64,000 nucleotides of DNA from an uncultured Bacteroidota bacterium. GTDB taxonomy: Bacteria; Bacteroidota; Bacteroidia; Bacteroidales; UBA10428. Of this stretch, positions 38,897 through 47,591 are shown piece by piece; position 1 is the stretch's first letter; every line of letters begins with the position of its first letter. The position numbers and the translations under genes were made by a program. The stretch lies in contig CAVTDR010000002.1 in assembly GCA_963733535.1 (NCBI GenBank), positions 111,775-175,774 of the forward strand, read 5' to 3'. The notes beneath the pieces are model-generated. The model saw only the letters and a list, made by a program, of their open reading frames with translations, was not told the origin of the DNA and made no database searches.

Positions 38897-40389
38897 AATT
38901 CGTTATATTTTACCTTTAAAATCTCAGGAAGATTATTTTTTATAATTGATTTAATATCGTTGTAATAGCCAGTACTTGAATAAGGTATATATTGAAGTTT
39001 ATCCATATCAAAAGGTACTTTACCTGCTGACTGCACATATTCTTCATTTTTATCAAAAGGTACTTTAATAACGTCATTTTCAGCTTTAATAAGTATCATT
39101 GGCTTATTATTACCTTCGGCAAGTCCTATCTCATAAATAACATTGTCATTGCAACTTGTAAGGTCTGCAATGAATATATCGCATTCTTTAATTTTTTTAA
39201 TTAAGCGTTGGTCTATTCTTTGACTTGCCCCTCTAAATCTCATTATGGGAATTAACTCTAATTCTACCTTTTCTTTTTCTTGAATTTCTTTAAGAACTTC
39301 CTTAAAGAGTTTATTGTACTCATTTACTTGTTTATGAGAAACATAAGGCATTGCAACAAAAACATTATATGGCCCTTTTTTGTGGGTGTTTTTATAAAAA
39401 TCAATTATACTTACAGGAGAAGCCTCTTGAATATTAAATAATTGATTACCAACAATCCAGTCCTTAAATCTGAAATAATTGGACTCATCATTAATCCTAA
39501 AGTATAAAAGAGACAGTAGGATATTTATATTGGGATTGCTTTTTAATTTATCATTTTCGTAATACTGAGTATCTATATATAAGAGCGAACGCTTAATTTT
39601 CTCAAAGGGTTGTGGTTCAATAAACAATTTGAAAAATGCGACACAAAATGAATATATTTCGTTTTTAATAATTTTTTTAATTTCTGAGTATTCACAACCT
39701 TCAATTTCTTCAGCTAATTTTTCAATATTTAAAGCATTGCTACCTAATAATTTTTCTTTTTCAGGGTCAGTAAAATTGGGATTTGTTAAAATTGCTTTTA
39801 AATTCTGTTCTGTAGTAAGAGGTTTTGCCTGAGAATTAATTAGATAGAAAAAAGCAGTTTCATATTTTGTTGCTTCATCAGATTTACCTTGAAGTAAAAC
39901 CGAGAATGGAACGGTAATATTACCGATAGTCTGTTTCAAGCTATGGGAATCTGAATCTGTGTTTTCCGAACTTAAAATTTCATCAACAGCGCTTAACCTG
40001 TGATTACCATCGATTCTTGATAGATATTTTCGATTTGAGTTGGTAAACTCAAGAGATATAACTTTTACACTTGACTTTTTCTCAAAGTTTTCTTGAAATG
40101 AGAATTTACCTTTAACTAAACGGATTTCATCAGTAAATACCTTATTTGCACCCTCCCTAATAGAATAAATAGCATCTGAATCATTGAATTGCATACTAAA
40201 TATTAATTCTGGAAAGAATCTAAAGGTTCCATTTCTCAAGAAATCAATAATGTTTTCAATTCGAGTTGTATCAACCTCACGCTGATATGAATCGGTTTTT
40301 GAAATATTCGCCAAGTCTTTTAGTGATGCATATCCTCTAAAAATCAGCATTCCACCAAATGTCTGTTCAATTATGCCTTTTAAAATCAT
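38893..40389 (-). CDS. Fusion protein: ParB/DndB-like DGQHR-type domain plus nucleoside 2-deoxyribosyltransferase/TIR-like domain
   Basis: N-terminal ..SYQREV...RIDGNHRLSAV. C-terminal YNVFVAMPY...CDIFIADLTSCNDNVIYEIGLAEGNNKPMILI. It has 4-nt overlaps with both neighbours. Confidence 0.6.
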   Translation of the reverse strand: MILKGIIEQTFGGMLIFRGYASLKDLANISKTDSYQREVDTTRIENIIDFLRNGTFRFFPELIFSMQFNDSDAIYSIREGANKVFTDEIRLVKGKFSFQENFEKKSSVKVISLEFTNSNRKYLSRIDGNHRLSAVDEILSSENTDSDSHSLKQTIGNITVPFSVLLQGKSDEATKYETAFFYLINSQAKPLTTEQNLKAILTNPNFTDPEKEKLLGSNALNIEKLAEEIEGCEYSEIKKIIKNEIYSFCVAFFKLFIEPQPFEKIKRSLLYIDTQYYENDKLKSNPNINILLSLLYFRINDESNYFRFKDWIVGNQLFNIQEASPVSIIDFYKNTHKKGPYNVFVAMPYVSHKQVNEYNKLFKEVLKEIQEKEKVELELIPIMRFRGASQRIDQRLIKKIKECDIFIADLTSCNDNVIYEIGLAEGNNKPMILIKAENDVIKVPFDKNEEYVQSAGKVPFDMDKLQYIPYSSTGYYNDIKSIIKNNLPEILKVKYNEL

Positions 40390-42566
40390 AATTCATTATT
40401 TTCGATAGCATTAATAAATTTGGTCAATTCGTCACCAATAATATCTAACTCGTTATTATTAGTTTTCTTACCAGTTGCATCATAACCAATATCATCAGCA
40501 ATAGCCATGAAAATTTGATAATCATCAAGTTGAGTTTGTTTAGCTACAATATATTTATCGGTTAAATCTTCTTTAAGTTGGTTCACTTTTTCATTAAACT
40601 GATTCTGTAATTCTGTTTTGTCTTCTTTGATAAGCTCACCAATTTCTTTTTTGGATGCTTTGGGATTTTGCTTTTTAATGTTGTCTTCTAATTTTTTAAT
40701 AGCAATATTTTTCTCTTTCTCCCATTGCTCCACATTTAAAATGTATTTATTATCGGTAAGTAAATAGGATTTTATACTTTGTTTTTTTGCTTCAATAGCT
40801 ACACTTTTTGATTTATTGTGTTTCCTCAAGAATAATACAGAACTTTTAACCCCAGCACCCGTTGCTGAGAAAGCTGTTTGCGGCATCGAAACTACGGCAA
40901 CAATACGAAACATTTCTTCGATATTATCACGAACATATTGCAAGCTACTATTGGTTAATATACCATCTGGCACAACAATAGCCAAATAACCACCTTCTTT
41001 AAGAAAATTATGACATTGTTCGATAAAAAGTATCTCTGTACTTTGGTTATCTCTTTGCTCTTCTCTTGTAGCTTTAACAGCTAACCAGTCTTCCTCTTTT
41101 TTGCCTAGTTTAAACTCTCTTAAGTATGCTTTTTCCGTTTGGCGGATAATGCTACCAAAAGGTGGATTTGTAACAATAAAATCGAAATGATTGTACTTAA
41201 AGCCAGTGTTTTTAGTTATTTTCTCAATTTCGGTAGGCGCTAAGAGACCATCGGATGTTATTACGTTTGTATGACCATCATCGTGAATAATCATGTTCAT
41301 TTTAGCTGCACGAGATATTTGCTCGTTGATTTCTATCCCATATAAATTCTTTTCAGCAAAGTCGTGCCAAAATTTGTAGTGCTTTTGGTTTTGCTTTACA
41401 TCGGTTTTATAATTAGGATATAGTTTATTGGCTTGTTCACGCACCTTATTCAAAGCATACAATAAAAAGCCTCCACTGCCGCATGAAGTATCTAATACAA
41501 ATGAATCATTTTTAATTGGAAGTGCATCGGTAGCAAATTTTACAATTGGACGTGGTGTAAAATATTGACCAAAATTACCACGGAAGAATGAACCCATAAA
41601 GGTTTCAAAAGCACGGCCTTTGCTGTCGAGGTCAGTTTCTCCTAGATTTATACTTTCTAAGTAACCTACAACAGTTCTTACTTTTTCGGGTGTTAAACGA
41701 ATGTTATCTCTGAAAACTTCGGCATCTTTTTTACGGCCTTCTTCATATAGCGCCAATACACGATTGAACAAATTTTTATTCTCTTTATCTCTACGTTTAT
41801 TCGGGTCAGGTTCTTCATTTATACTTACAGTTATTATTTGAAAATCGTAAGGTTGACCTGGAGTTCTGTCTTTTCTTTCATCCCAAATTTTGCAAAATAT
41901 CAATTTATCCAATTCGTCAAACGCTTCGGAAGGATTCAACTGACCGCCTGCCCAAAGCGCATCATGTGCTTGTTTAAAACGACGTGTCAATTCTTCTTGG
42001 TCAATAGTTGTAAGGTCGAAGAAATTTTGCTTACCAGCTTCTTGCTTCAAAGAATTAGCATCGTAAGCATATTTATAATTTGCTAAATATTTTACACCAA
42101 ATTGTGGAATGTCGGGAAGAGTATTTCGAAAAAGTTTTGCTTTATCTACTTCAAAATATTCATTCTTAATTTCTGATGTTACCCATACATATTTTACTTC
42201 GTTTGGCAATGCATAAGCGTAACTATATGCTTGTTCAATTGCTTGTAAAAATTCTTGTTCACTAACTTCTTGTTTTTTACATTCTACTAAAATATGAGGG
42301 TGTAAGCAAGCATCATCATTAAATACAACTATATCGGCCTCCTTTTTTTCACTACCCATAGTAACCATTTCGAATTGCTTAATTCGTTCAGGTTTGTAAC
42401 CATAATGAAAAATCAACTTTAGAAAAGCTTCAGCTTGTACTTTTTCTTCGGGACTTTTGTAATTACGCTTTTTACCTTGATTTAAGTAAATAATTTGTAC
42501 AATTTCTCCGTTTTCTTCAATTGTAGAAATAAGTTTGCGCTTTATACCGTCGTTTATAAGACTCAT
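40386..42566 (-). CDS. Nuclease-methyltransferase fusion (HSDR_N-type PD-(D/E)xK plus gamma N6-adenine MTase)
   Basis: N-terminal EADIVVF...ILVECKK. Motif I is VLDTSCGSGGFL and motif IV is VTNPPFGS. The tail is a coiled coil. No SF2 HsdR motor is present in the island. Confidence 0.75.
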   Translation of the reverse strand: MSLINDGIKRKLISTIEENGEIVQIIYLNQGKKRNYKSPEEKVQAEAFLKLIFHYGYKPERIKQFEMVTMGSEKKEADIVVFNDDACLHPHILVECKKQEVSEQEFLQAIEQAYSYAYALPNEVKYVWVTSEIKNEYFEVDKAKLFRNTLPDIPQFGVKYLANYKYAYDANSLKQEAGKQNFFDLTTIDQEELTRRFKQAHDALWAGGQLNPSEAFDELDKLIFCKIWDERKDRTPGQPYDFQIITVSINEEPDPNKRRDKENKNLFNRVLALYEEGRKKDAEVFRDNIRLTPEKVRTVVGYLESINLGETDLDSKGRAFETFMGSFFRGNFGQYFTPRPIVKFATDALPIKNDSFVLDTSCGSGGFLLYALNKVREQANKLYPNYKTDVKQNQKHYKFWHDFAEKNLYGIEINEQISRAAKMNMIIHDDGHTNVITSDGLLAPTEIEKITKNTGFKYNHFDFIVTNPPFGSIIRQTEKAYLREFKLGKKEEDWLAVKATREEQRDNQSTEILFIEQCHNFLKEGGYLAIVVPDGILTNSSLQYVRDNIEEMFRIVAVVSMPQTAFSATGAGVKSSVLFLRKHNKSKSVAIEAKKQSIKSYLLTDNKYILNVEQWEKEKNIAIKKLEDNIKKQNPKASKKEIGELIKEDKTELQNQFNEKVNQLKEDLTDKYIVAKQTQLDDYQIFMAIADDIGYDATGKKTNNNELDIIGDELTKFINAIENNEL

Positions 42567-42586
42567 ATATATAGTAATTTTATACT

Positions 42587-42862
42587 TTACAAATTATTTG
42601 AAGCAATATTTAATGCATCTTTCGCTGCATCTTCATTTTTCACTATTTCCAATATTTGGTTTGCCAACCAGATAGCGATTAATTCTTTTGGGTCAACTTT
42701 ATAAATTTGTGCGAGTTTTAAAATAAATTCACGTTTAATATTCTTTTTTCCTTGCTCCATTTTACTAATGTAGGCAGTGTCAACTTCAAGCTCTGCCGCC
42801 ACCTGCCGAAGCAGAAGACCCTTTTGCTCACGTAATTCTCGTAGTTTCTTGCCGATTATCAT
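42587..42862 (-). CDS. XRE-family HTH regulator (controller-like) heading the cargo operon
   Basis: 91 aa with LRELREQKGLLLRQVAAELEVDTAYISKMEQG. Confidence 0.8.
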   Translation of the reverse strand: MIIGKKLRELREQKGLLLRQVAAELEVDTAYISKMEQGKKNIKREFILKLAQIYKVDPKELIAIWLANQILEIVKNEDAAKDALNIASNNL

Positions 42863-42981
42863 CTTTTTGTTTTTTTACTTGTCATAATTAGTCAAATATA
42901 TAAAATAAATGCAAACAAAAGAAAGCAGTTAGTAAATAAATACCAACCAGATATTAACCAAGCTGTGAATAAGTTATGCCT

Positions 42982-43008
42982 TGCAAAGTTTGCAAAGTAT
43001 GCAAACTA
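42982..43008 (+). repeat. Three tandem 9-bp iteron-like repeats TGCAAAGTn
   Basis: TGCAAAGTT TGCAAAGTA TGCAAACTA, with an inverted copy (ACTTTGCAT) at about 43050-43058. Confidence 0.6.
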
Positions 43009-43015
43009 TACGAGC

Positions 43016-44791
43016 TTAATTTTTTTGCCCGTTTTGAACGGATTGCACACTTTGCATGTTTTGCTTTTTGTACTTGCCATAAACCGGGTCTTTTAAAAGG
43101 TTTGATGGTGTTAACTCATTCAGGTATTTATCGGCTGTACGGGGCTTTATATTCAATTTTGCAGCTATTTCAATGGCTTCTTTACGAAGGAACTCTTCGG
43201 GCAAAAGGTTGTAAAACTTGTCTTTCATAGTTTCCTGTTTCACCTTTTTAGAGGTAGTCATTAATTGCAAATAGACTGTTTTAGCATGTTCCAACAATAC
43301 ATTACCTATCTTCATTACATTGTTAAAATCTACATCGCTGCAATAGAACGCTTGCGGTAATTCACCTGTATCGAGTATTCGTAAAACTGTCATTATCATT
43401 GCTGTTCTGAAACAAATAAGCCCCAATCTTCGGACATTGGCCACGGATTCAGGGCCTAACAGGTTAATAAACTCAGTTTGCCAGGCTTCAAATTGTTGGT
43501 TAAAATGTGCCTTTTGAGCCTGGGTAAAATGGAACTCCTTTTCAGGAAAAGACATTAATTGCCTGTAAAGGTCGAAGTAGCGACGACCCAGCGAATTAAA
43601 ATATTCTTCAAAACCTGTATCGGTTTGCTTTTGGAATACATCAGACCAAATGTTTGTTAATGAAAAGCGGTAATACATGAACCGGGAAAATAAACCGTCC
43701 TCGGCATCGGGGATAAGGTTTATAATTTGCCGGGGCGTTCCGGTAAGCACAGCCGAAAGGCGTGGGGTTTGAATATCGACATATTCACGGTTAGTGCGGC
43801 GGTAGTAGCTGATATTCTCGTGGTGAAAAGCCTTGCGGAAACCATCACTATAATTACCATAATCGGTTTTAAAGATAAATGCCAGTGTATCGCCTTCCGT
43901 TTCGAATAATAATCCTTTACCGTCGCTATCATCAAGCAATTGAAAAATACCTGTGGAACTGTTATTTGCCGGAAGGAAAAGCATTTTATCTTTCGGTTCC
44001 GTTGGTTTTACTAGTGTTGGGTCTTTCTTTACATGCTGCAAATACTGGTTTAATTCAACCTGATATTCTGCTTTATAATTAGCAGATTGCTCACGCAACT
44101 GCATGTGTATTTGATGAACCAACCTTTTACAATGTTTTAATGAGCCCTTGCCGGCAGATGCCTGGGCTGTTATGAATAAGTAAAGATTTGAAAAAACTTT
44201 ATCGTTGTGATAAATGCCATAAACATTAGGCATAGCACTGCTAATTGTAACTATCGAACCCAACAGAATTATATCCTTTTCCCTGGCTGTAGGAAATACT
44301 TTACAGGCATCGGCCAGTAATCCGGGCAATTGAGAATATATTTCTTCCGGGAAAAAAGGTGTTTCAATAAATTCATCGAACTGAACATTGGAGCTTTCAA
44401 CAGGACGGGCAGGGGATATATTAATCCCCGCCCGGCGTGCCATATCGAAAAATGTTCTTTTGGTAACTCCGTTACCTTTTGATTTTAAGCAATTATCAAA
44501 CTGTTTATCACATTCACCAGCATTGTAATCGCTGTAAAATTTACTAATACGATGGAAATAATCACGTCCAGCCTCATGCAGCATGTCAGCCAAAGCAAAA
44601 CCACAAGCCAGCCAGTCCTTGTAATCCGGGGCAATATCAATATGTTTTGCTTCAATTTGTGTAACTACTTTTTCAATATCGGCTGTAAATGAATCTGTAT
44701 CGTTGGTGTTCTTCTGAACTGTATTATTTGTATTTAAACCTCCTTTTTTCCACTGCGAAGGGTCAAACATTTTCTTGTTTTGCATAATCAA
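43016..44791 (-). CDS. DUF3987-like P-loop protein (primase-associated helicase-like)
   Basis: 591 aa with Walker-A-like AQASAGKGS. This context is typical of Bacteroidota integrative elements. Confidence 0.6.
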   Translation of the reverse strand: MIMQNKKMFDPSQWKKGGLNTNNTVQKNTNDTDSFTADIEKVVTQIEAKHIDIAPDYKDWLACGFALADMLHEAGRDYFHRISKFYSDYNAGECDKQFDNCLKSKGNGVTKRTFFDMARRAGINISPARPVESSNVQFDEFIETPFFPEEIYSQLPGLLADACKVFPTAREKDIILLGSIVTISSAMPNVYGIYHNDKVFSNLYLFITAQASAGKGSLKHCKRLVHQIHMQLREQSANYKAEYQVELNQYLQHVKKDPTLVKPTEPKDKMLFLPANNSSTGIFQLLDDSDGKGLLFETEGDTLAFIFKTDYGNYSDGFRKAFHHENISYYRRTNREYVDIQTPRLSAVLTGTPRQIINLIPDAEDGLFSRFMYYRFSLTNIWSDVFQKQTDTGFEEYFNSLGRRYFDLYRQLMSFPEKEFHFTQAQKAHFNQQFEAWQTEFINLLGPESVANVRRLGLICFRTAMIMTVLRILDTGELPQAFYCSDVDFNNVMKIGNVLLEHAKTVYLQLMTTSKKVKQETMKDKFYNLLPEEFLRKEAIEIAAKLNIKPRTADKYLNELTPSNLLKDPVYGKYKKQNMQSVQSVQNGQKN

Positions 44792-45725
44792 TGTATTTTG
44801 GATTTATGAAAATATTGTTGTCGTAACCTAAAAAGCAGGCACGTGAAATGTCACGCCCTGATTTATCGATTTGTAAATGGTATGTTTGCCAGATATAGTT
44901 TTGAATGGCTTCAAAGTATTCGGCATGTGAATACTCTGATAAATCAACGGGAATAATCCATTTAAGGCCATTGCCGGAAGGCGAGACAAAAAGTAAATCA
45001 GTTTCAAAGTATTCGTCTTTCAGCAAATCGGCTTTTAAGCGGTCTATATTTGCCACGTGGTCAAAATCTATGGTCATTAAACCACTATGTTTTATGAGGG
45101 CTTTATCTTCACGCTTATTGAAAGTGCCTGAAAACGTTACATAATCGAAATTGTTAGCTTTGAATTTTCGTGCTTCATCTTTGCCTGGTATGGACCTTAA
45201 TTTTTCACTTATCAGTTTAAAATCAGGGCTTTTAATTAACCTGTAAACATCCAGTATATTCACATCTTTTGCAGGTGCAGTGTTGGTGACCGGCCTTTTA
45301 AAATAACTGAATACAGGAATTACCAGAGCTTGCTTATCTTCTTTCGGAATCTCTGATTTAACAGGTTTTTTAAAATATTCACTGTTCCCGTAAAAACTGC
45401 GTTTCTTCTCTAAATCCAGATTGAGGCACTCATTGAGTTTTATCAGCAATTCATCACCTGAAATTTTAAAGTACAGTTCAGCGAAGTCGAACGGGTCGCC
45501 TTTAAAATCGGGTGTCTCATCATCTTCATACAAGAAAACATTGTTAATACAACGAATCATCAATGTTGGCGTTTTCGAGTTGGTGAATGGGTTTTTAATC
45601 CAGGCACATTCACGGCCAGAAAGTTTCAGAACTACTTCACCGGGTCGGAATTGCCGTAACACATAAGCATAAATATTTAAGCCGTAATGTGTTTTATCGA
45701 GTATATTGTCTTTTGTGATTGCCAT
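44763..45725 (-). CDS. BT4734/VirE-N-like primase-polymerase domain protein
   Basis: 320 aa with the acidic motif LMTIDFDHV. Paired with the DUF3987 gene. Confidence 0.5.
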   Translation of the reverse strand: MAITKDNILDKTHYGLNIYAYVLRQFRPGEVVLKLSGRECAWIKNPFTNSKTPTLMIRCINNVFLYEDDETPDFKGDPFDFAELYFKISGDELLIKLNECLNLDLEKKRSFYGNSEYFKKPVKSEIPKEDKQALVIPVFSYFKRPVTNTAPAKDVNILDVYRLIKSPDFKLISEKLRSIPGKDEARKFKANNFDYVTFSGTFNKREDKALIKHSGLMTIDFDHVANIDRLKADLLKDEYFETDLLFVSPSGNGLKWIIPVDLSEYSHAEYFEAIQNYIWQTYHLQIDKSGRDISRACFLGYDNNIFINPKYIDYAKQENV

Positions 45726-45730
45726 ATTCT

Positions 45731-46036
45731 TTAGGATTTAAAAGGTTTTACATTATCCCGGTGGTAATTCAGGGAATAGTTTTTATCAAGTAAATCCTTT
45801 ATATCATCGGCTTTGTAATAGAATTTGCCGTTAATACGGGAATAAGGCAGCGTCTTGCTGTCACGAAGACTTTGTAAGCTCCGTTTGCTGATGTGCAGCA
45901 ACATCATCACATCCTGACCATCGAGCCAAGCCCCTGAAAGAGGGTGAGGGGCTGGCTTAATTATTCTGTCAATGGCTGTTTTAATGTCCTTTAAATCCTG
46001 TTTAAAGGAGTTTAAGACTTTTATTACTTCAATCAT
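45731..46036 (-). CDS. HTH_17 (excisionase-family) DNA-binding protein
   Basis: MMLLHISKRSLQSLRDSKTLPYSRINGKFYY. Confidence 0.65.
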   Translation of the reverse strand: MIEVIKVLNSFKQDLKDIKTAIDRIIKPAPHPLSGAWLDGQDVMMLLHISKRSLQSLRDSKTLPYSRINGKFYYKADDIKDLLDKNYSLNYHRDNVKPFKS

Positions 46037-46335
46037 AGCTGAACCCTCCCTTTCTTCATGAGATATTCAGAGGCTTGCTGTTCGATATCGTCCTTGGTGT
46101 CGTGACGATTGCTCAGTAACCATTTGTCTAACTCAGCACGATTGAAATACAATTTCTTACCATTGGGTTTGTACGATGGCACAAAGCCCGAACTTGTCAA
46201 CTTATAAAGGTGTGAATGTGAAACTTCCAAATACTCGGCAGCTTCATTGAAGTTTAACACTTCTTTTTTAAGCAGATTCTGCTCAATAAGCATCTTTTCG
46301 ATGCTTTCCAATTTTGTTAAAATAATAGAGTCCAT
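46033..46335 (-). CDS. HTH_17 (excisionase-family) DNA-binding protein
   Basis: LNFNEAAEYLEVSHSHLYKLTSSGFVPSYKPNGKKLYF. Confidence 0.7.
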   Translation of the reverse strand: MDSIILTKLESIEKMLIEQNLLKKEVLNFNEAAEYLEVSHSHLYKLTSSGFVPSYKPNGKKLYFNRAELDKWLLSNRHDTKDDIEQQASEYLMKKGRVQL

Positions 46336-46449
46336 TTCTTTGAACTATTAAAATTGATAATGGACTTCAGCGCTGAAATCATCATTGATTTTCAATGACG
46401 GTGTAAATTTATATTTAGAAAAAGCCCTTATTTGGTGGTACTTTCAAGG

Positions 46450-46475
46450 GGTGGAGTGGAGTGCGGAGTGTGGAG
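46450..46475. repeat. Clustered (G)TGGAG pentamer repeats
   Basis: GTGGAGTGGAGTGCGGAGTGTGGAG, plus another GTGTGGAGT at 46557-46566, in the promoter region of the HTH_17 genes. Confidence 0.5.
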
Positions 46476-46565
46476 CAATGAAAACAAAAGAAGATTCAGC
46501 CTATGTTTGGATAAACAAAGGCAAATAAAGAAGTAATAAAAACTAATAAGGATAGTAGTGTGGAG

Positions 46566-47591
46566 TTAGACCAAATTCTCAGCGATTTTCTCTAAAAGTG
46601 CGCTTTTTGATTTAGGCTTCTTTTGTTCTTTCAACTGTTGGCGGTCGAATGGAATGCCATCAGGACGGATGAAACATTTACAAGCTACTTCCCATTGATG
46701 TTGTTTGAGGTCAACTACCGATTTATTGATATTGTGGATTAGCTTAATGAAATAATGTAAATCACTTATAGTTCCTGACCAGGTAACAGGGTTGGTAATC
46801 TCTTTACCCGAAAAAATCTTTTTAAAATCGGTCTTGCTGGTATTAACAGCAATAAAATTGTGGCTTTTTAAGCCATCGTATAAATCATTAATATAATCGG
46901 GGTTTTTATTTAATTGCTTGTATGTGAATGAGTTAAATATATTGTCAGTCAGAATGTTATCCGGTTTTATTTGCACAACGGGCGTAACTTCTTCAATTGT
47001 GATGGGCTTTGGAATTAGTTTTAAGAATGATTTTTCCGGAATTGTCTCATTTAGTAATTGGGTGTAGAAGTCATCTTCAATGAGTATATCACCATTAATA
47101 AGCGATTTAAAGACCTCCTGTATTTCAAGGTATGTTTTTATTAATGCTACTTTCAGGAGTTGAAAAACATAGGTATCTGTCTTGTGGTCGGCATCTTTAT
47201 CGAATGTAAGCTTATGAGGATTGATATAAACCAATGAATAATCGTTCTGGTGAATCAGCTTGCCAACTTCCTTAATTCGGGTTTTAAGCCTCTTATTTAA
47301 CGTGTCGTTGAGCCAATATTTCATTAACTGCTCGTTCTCATCCTCATTTATCAGCTCTACAATGCGATTACAATAGCTGTTTGTTTCGTTTAATATGAGT
47401 TTGCTGTAATACTTGGTTTTATTATTAAAAGGCCGGATAAAATCAATTTCATACAACAACCGAAATGCCGGATTGAAAGTTTTCACACTGCTTACCATAG
47501 GTGTGAACTTTGCATCAGGTTTATTTGAATCAAGCCATGGCCTCAAATCGCCGTGAATAATATTTTCAAAAATTTCGGGTACGTTGTTCAT
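46566..47591 (-). CDS. Hypothetical protein
   Basis: 341-aa ORF with a 4-nt overlap with the integrase gene. I did not recognise a family. Confidence 0.5.
   Translation of the reverse strand: MNNVPEIFENIIHGDLRPWLDSNKPDAKFTPMVSSVKTFNPAFRLLYEIDFIRPFNNKTKYYSKLILNETNSYCNRIVELINEDENEQLMKYWLNDTLNKRLKTRIKEVGKLIHQNDYSLVYINPHKLTFDKDADHKTDTYVFQLLKVALIKTYLEIQEVFKSLINGDILIEDDFYTQLLNETIPEKSFLKLIPKPITIEEVTPVVQIKPDNILTDNIFNSFTYKQLNKNPDYINDLYDGLKSHNFIAVNTSKTDFKKIFSGKEITNPVTWSGTISDLHYFIKLIHNINKSVVDLKQHQWEVACKCFIRPDGIPFDRQQLKEQKKPKSKSALLEKIAENLV

Noticed and set aside
37487-42566. Classical type I R-M system annotation
   Set aside because: No HsdR (SF2 helicase/translocase) gene is present in the island, and the MTase carries its own PD-(D/E)xK N-terminal domain. 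I called it a BcgI-like/type IIB-IIG-like arrangement instead, pending REBASE comparison.
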